This document shows, one piece after another, positions 59,481 to 64,000 of a stretch of 64,000 nt of DNA (positions are counted from its first letter, which is position 1; each line of letters starts with the position of its first letter). The stretch comes from a virus: IMG/VR virus record IMGVR_UViG_3300033146_005439, positions 47,383 to 111,382 of that record; one strand, written 5' to 3'. A model generated the notes under the pieces. That model was not told the DNA's origin and searched no databases. It worked only from the letters and a program-made list of their open reading frames with translations. The translations under genes were made by a program, and so were the position numbers.

Positions 59481-59813
59481 TTACATTTGTTTTATAACTT
59501 TAGCTTTAACTTTGATTAATTCCTCTGGTGGTGGTATAAATTCAAATTCAGTGGTACCATATAAACTACCAGCACTACCTGTTAATGTAACATTAATATC
59601 TTCCCAACCATTTTCTATATATAAAGCTACTAATTTATTTATTATTTCACTATCAATATTATATCTTATAACAACAGTTATATGTCCATCAGAACTAACT
59701 GAATTGGTCTTTAACGCATGATTTATAATATCTACAAAATACCACATAGACTTTGTAGACATATAATCAACACGTGCATCTAATATTTCTGGGCCTAAAA
59801 TTGGTTTATTCAT
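59481..59813 (-). CDS. Hypothetical protein
   Basis: 110 aa, in operon. Confidence 0.5.
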   Translation of the reverse strand: MNKPILGPEILDARVDYMSTKSMWYFVDIINHALKTNSVSSDGHITVVIRYNIDSEIINKLVALYIENGWEDINVTLTGSAGSLYGTTEFEFIPPPEELIKVKAKVIKQM

Positions 59814-59814
59814 A

Positions 59815-61275
59815 TTATGTCACCGTATCTTGCATTGTTGTAGCTTCTATAATTAAAACTGCTTGATTATGTGTTATTACTTGATATTTATAAGGACCAT
59901 AATAATAGAAAGTTCCCGGAGGATAATTTCTAGGTAAAGTTATTATTGGTAAGGCTATATCAACATCAAAATATTGCCCCTGCAAAATATTTGTTGGTGC
60001 TACCCCTATAAAGTGATCTGTTCTAGTGATTGAAGTACTCATCATAACTACCTTATTAGACCAAGCATAATCACCCAAAACACCCACAGCAAAAGTAGCT
60101 CCAAACATTAAAGACCTTAATGCTGTAATATCTGAAGATAAATCTAGAGTAGAAATATAAACGGATTGAAAAGTACCTTGTAAAGTTCCTTCAAAAATTT
60201 CTATCCTATTATCATTACGTAATACAATATTATAACCTATACCAGAATCAGTCTTAATTAAATCAGCAGTTCTACCCTCTATAGGATTATCATACTGTGC
60301 TGGAGTATCTATACTACTTCCAGAATTATAAGAAGCAGCATAAGTATATAATCTAGTATCATATTTAAACTGAGCCATTATAATACCATTTTGAACTTCC
60401 AAACCAGCATGTTGAGTACAATGATCTACTTGTTGTTCGTCTGTTTGATCATCATATCTACCAGTACTCCAATAAGGTTTTCTCCAAGCAGCCTCCCTCC
60501 AATGACTCTTACCTTGATATACAGAAACAACTATTACATTACCCCCTTCTGTAGTACACCTTACATGCTCTCCATTCATCATCCACACACTATTATAAGG
60601 TGGTGCTTGTACATTATAATCATTTATTTGACAATATCTATTTCGTACTGCTGTACCATTTTCACTATAAACACCTACTAGATTTGCATGATCATCATCC
60701 CATACAACATCAGCACTTGTAGAATTACTAGTTGAAACTAATAGTTGTGAGGTTCCTAAAGTAGGCCCACTATTTAAACCATTATTACGTAAAGCTCCTA
60801 AATGAACACCTGAACCATCTACCCATATAAAACCAGCAGTATTATGATTTATTCTGCATAGTCTAATGTCTACAACATCACTACCTACATTTTTATCTGT
60901 TACTGCTGAATAAGAAACAGAACCATCAGGATTACCTTGAGCTATTATAAAATGAATGGTATCCTTAGCAGCATTACCTACCCAAGCTATAACACCCTGA
61001 TTATTACCTGAATTTAAAAAAGCAGCATCATGCATATCAACATTATCTGTTGTATACTGTGTATTCATTTCTCCACCAGTTGCTGGATATCTTTGAACAT
61101 TACCATTAACATCCATAGATAGTTCATCGCCGGCAGTTAAATCGCTTGCAGCTTTAGCATTTAACATATATTGTGGTACTAAAGTTAAATCTACAGGAGA
61201 TACGGTATTACCAGTTTCTCCATTAATTGTAGAAATTATATCTGCTTTAGTTTTATCTCTAAAATTTCTAGCCAA
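59815..61275 (-). CDS. Putative receptor-binding / beta-propeller fibre protein
   Basis: 486 aa, beta-rich; TTG start overlapping the upstream stop (start uncertain). Confidence 0.5.
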   Translation of the reverse strand: MARNFRDKTKADIISTINGETGNTVSPVDLTLVPQYMLNAKAASDLTAGDELSMDVNGNVQRYPATGGEMNTQYTTDNVDMHDAAFLNSGNNQGVIAWVGNAAKDTIHFIIAQGNPDGSVSYSAVTDKNVGSDVVDIRLCRINHNTAGFIWVDGSGVHLGALRNNGLNSGPTLGTSQLLVSTSNSTSADVVWDDDHANLVGVYSENGTAVRNRYCQINDYNVQAPPYNSVWMMNGEHVRCTTEGGNVIVVSVYQGKSHWREAAWRKPYWSTGRYDDQTDEQQVDHCTQHAGLEVQNGIIMAQFKYDTRLYTYAASYNSGSSIDTPAQYDNPIEGRTADLIKTDSGIGYNIVLRNDNRIEIFEGTLQGTFQSVYISTLDLSSDITALRSLMFGATFAVGVLGDYAWSNKVVMMSTSITRTDHFIGVAPTNILQGQYFDVDIALPIITLPRNYPPGTFYYYGPYKYQVITHNQAVLIIEATTMQDTVT

Positions 61276-62653
61276 ACCAAAAATCTGTATATACTTTAGT
61301 TCCTAATTGAGTGGCATAACCAGAAGCAGTATAAAACATATAATGTATTACAGCCTCTCCTCCAGTTAAATGAGTTAAATTACCATTATCATCGTAATAC
61401 TTTGGTATATTATCTTGAGGAGCTATAACCATTTGAGCTTGTTGATTAAAATACGGCATTAATATAGGAGTTAATCTATCACCTTCTTGTGCTACAACAA
61501 TATTATTTTGATTTTTAGGATCATTATGCCAATTAGCCCCAGGAATTAAAATAATGCCTTCTTCAACATAAACAGACAAACCTGTAGAAGGCTTAACTCG
61601 CAACCCCTCAGTTTTAGCTTCATCATTTAATATTCTAAATAAATCGGATAAAGAATGACTAGTTTGACCTATAACATAAGGGGCAGCAATAACTTTATTA
61701 ATCACATTATTAAATAGTTCTACCCAACCTAATCGTATTAAAGCATAACGATTTTCATTAGTTACATCTTGTGCAGGTATAACTAAAACAGAACCATCTG
61801 AATCAATGTATATATTATGTATTTCTTGTGTATCTACAGCTAAAGGAGTTATAGTTATTGTTTGGTCATTCCAGATAACATCTTTAAAAGTTACCTTAAA
61901 AGGATCTGTTACAGTATCTGAAACTAAACCTCTACCAGCAGCTATATCTACATCTAGATCATCTGTACCTTTTGTAATAATACCCCCATGATGAAGCCCC
62001 GTAGTCATAGGCTCTCTTCTATTATCGGTGGTGCTACTTTGTATTCTCCAAAAAAGCCTTACTCTATTACCATTAGAAAGAGTTCCTTGGTGTTCATAAG
62101 GAGACACAGGTATTTCCCAAACATCTCCATTTTTAGTAGGTGTAGCAATAATATCATATTTTTCAAATTTTTCTGTATCACGTTTAAAATGAAGATTTAA
62201 CCAATCACCTGCTCGCATCTCTTTAATAAATAAAGAAATATCACCATTAGTTTGATCACGTTCATGAAGATAAAGTACTGTAACATCATCAGGAGTATTA
62301 CCATCACGTGATAAATGTCTAGCAGAAGGTGTAGTATCTAAAGGTAAAGTTAAAGTATATTCAAATTCTTTAATACCCAAAGCACTAAAAGATCTTTTAG
62401 GTACCCAAACACCATTATCGTTATCATCTAATTCATAAGTTAAACGTTCTCCTACATAAGCAGGTTCTGTATTAACATCATCTAAATCATTAAGAAAATG
62501 TAAAAAAGGTAATTTAACAGGATTATTACTACTATCTCCCACCCAAAGATTTTTATCAACTATATTAATAGCTAATTCACCTTCCATTAGTGTTCCTGAA
62601 GCTGGAACAACCCCTGCTATACTACTCCTTTTAATTTGTAAAACGTCTGCCAT
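61268..62653 (-). CDS. Tail fibre protein
   Basis: 461 aa; N-terminal LQIKRSSIAGVVP...LMEGELAINIVDKNLWVG is a typical fibre N-terminus; LNDLDDVN linker; GGAG RBS. Confidence 0.7.
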   Translation of the reverse strand: MADVLQIKRSSIAGVVPASGTLMEGELAINIVDKNLWVGDSSNNPVKLPFLHFLNDLDDVNTEPAYVGERLTYELDDNDNGVWVPKRSFSALGIKEFEYTLTLPLDTTPSARHLSRDGNTPDDVTVLYLHERDQTNGDISLFIKEMRAGDWLNLHFKRDTEKFEKYDIIATPTKNGDVWEIPVSPYEHQGTLSNGNRVRLFWRIQSSTTDNRREPMTTGLHHGGIITKGTDDLDVDIAAGRGLVSDTVTDPFKVTFKDVIWNDQTITITPLAVDTQEIHNIYIDSDGSVLVIPAQDVTNENRYALIRLGWVELFNNVINKVIAAPYVIGQTSHSLSDLFRILNDEAKTEGLRVKPSTGLSVYVEEGIILIPGANWHNDPKNQNNIVVAQEGDRLTPILMPYFNQQAQMVIAPQDNIPKYYDDNGNLTHLTGGEAVIHYMFYTASGYATQLGTKVYTDFWFG

Positions 62654-62764
62654 TTGCTACTCCGTTATGCTTTTTTAAAATACAACAATTATATTTGATA
62701 TTTTATAAATGTTCATAAATAACATTCTAAGAATTTTTATAATTTCTAATTTCACCGCCATTAT

Positions 62765-64000
62765 TTAATTAAACACACTAACTTGACCATGTCCCAATGA
62801 TCTACTTCCTATAAATATGTAATCGTCATTTATATCAATATTTACAAAAGAATTATATCCTGCATACTCATAAGAAGTTGTAGTAAGAACTTTCTGCACA
62901 CCATTCCATGTATCAGCATTTATATCATATTTATAAAAGAAAACTCCACCTTTTTCACTCCTATCTGAAAGCAAAGCATATACAACAATTATATCTTTAT
63001 ATATCCTACAAGTATATCCAAAATAATCATGTGTTTGAGGTGTTAAACCGTAAATAAAGAGCTCTTGTTTTTGTGACCAAGTTGATCCATTGTAAGTATA
63101 AACAACAACTTTGCCTGCATCAGTAGCATAAGTATCATCATTAGCTATACCTATTACTAAAGTATTATCATAAATATCTAAATAATGAAAAGAAACATCT
63201 AACTCAGTATCCAATGTGTATGTTCCATTATTAATGTCATATTTATATAATCTTACTTTAGTACCATTATAACTTACAGCTAACCATGTTCTATCTCCAG
63301 TAAGTGATAGGACATTTCCTAAATTACCAACACTAGAAGAACCTGTTAAAGTTTGTTTAGCAACCCATGAAGAACCATTATATTCATAAGTATATATTTT
63401 ATAATTATGTGGTTCTGAAATAATAACAAAATTACCATCATCAGATATAGCCATACTACTACCAAAAGAGTCACCATTACTTTTTGTAAAACTTTGTTCA
63501 AATGACCAAGTAGCTCCAGATCTTCTATAAAAATCAACTTTACCATTACCTGTTTGACCATTTTCATTTGGAGAGCCTATAAGTAACACATCATTTGAAG
63601 TATTAATAGCTATAGCTGCCCCAAACAAATCATATTCTGAATTACTACCGGAATCATTTTGTGTAAGTACATTAACTCTATTAAATGTCGGCAAATTAAA
63701 TTCTGTAACACTTCTATAATAAACATTAGGATGAGGAGCTCCGACATATAAAGTTGTTTTATTACTATAAACACAAACACCAAAGGATCTTCCTTCATGT
63801 TGAGTATCATCTTGAAAAATAATTGTTTCCGTTAATGGAAAGGTCATAGGTTCTTTATAAACCTTAACTTTAGTATTAGCTGGATTAAAGTCAATTTTAG
63901 TTGTTTCTATAGCATAACCTAAAATATGATTATACCCTAGTACTGGTTTATTTGAACTAAAACCACCTGTATCAGAAAGGTAAACCTTTTCACCTTTAGT
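62765..64000 (-). CDS. FG-GAP-type beta-propeller protein, 5'-truncated by window edge
   Basis: The frame of the 360-aa ORF stays open to base 64000 (TKGEKVYLSDTGGFSSNKP...LGYAI...FNP...EPMTFP); repeats FGxxxAI...LLIGSP...GKVxxY...W. Confidence 0.75.
   Translation of the reverse strand, partial: TKGEKVYLSDTGGFSSNKPVLGYNHILGYAIETTKIDFNPANTKVKVYKEPMTFPLTETIIFQDDTQHEGRSFGVCVYSNKTTLYVGAPHPNVYYRSVTEFNLPTFNRVNVLTQNDSGSNSEYDLFGAAIAINTSNDVLLIGSPNENGQTGNGKVDFYRRSGATWSFEQSFTKSNGDSFGSSMAISDDGNFVIISEPHNYKIYTYEYNGSSWVAKQTLTGSSSVGNLGNVLSLTGDRTWLAVSYNGTKVRLYKYDINNGTYTLDTELDVSFHYLDIYDNTLVIGIANDDTYATDAGKVVVYTYNGSTWSQKQELFIYGLTPQTHDYFGYTCRIYKDIIVVYALLSDRSEKGGVFFYKYDINADTWNGVQKVLTTTSYEYAGYNSFVNIDINDDYIFIGSRSLGHGQVSVFN

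Noticed and set aside
62674-62760. 28-codon minus-strand ORF (MAVKLEIIKILR...) in the intergenic gap
   Set aside because: Too short and AT-rich to support; no recognisable motif

Overview
AT-rich, densely coding segment of a large tailed-phage (Caudoviricetes) genome. Every credible gene is on the minus strand, and together they form a virion-morphogenesis module. In transcription order (right to left): beta-propeller, fibre and PKD proteins; head-tail connector genes; a probable major tail tube gene flanked by two Hef-like homing endonuclease genes (one broken by a single in-frame TAA); two paralogous tail-assembly-chaperone-like genes; a 7,470-aa tape measure polyprotein; then tail-tip and adhesin-like genes. 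The main result is the 22.4-kb tape measure gene (24228-46640). By eye it carries a colinear, fused beta+beta'-type two-barrel RNA polymerase (FED, KxxxRxGxKG, RxP, DYDGD, trigger-loop QxxMxxxH), then a Cas4/RecB-like PD-(D/E)xK nuclease, a TP901-type tape-measure core and a HExxH zincin domain. I found no cysteine in it. It is a candidate injected transcription/nuclease/protease machine built into the tail ruler. Other signals: a recurring intergenic motif (ATTTAACTAACC, candidate phage promoter), sigma70-type promoters with overlapping hairpins at both endonuclease genes, and a T-x-S-G motif enriched in exterior virion proteins. All assignments are by motif recognition only; no database searches were run.
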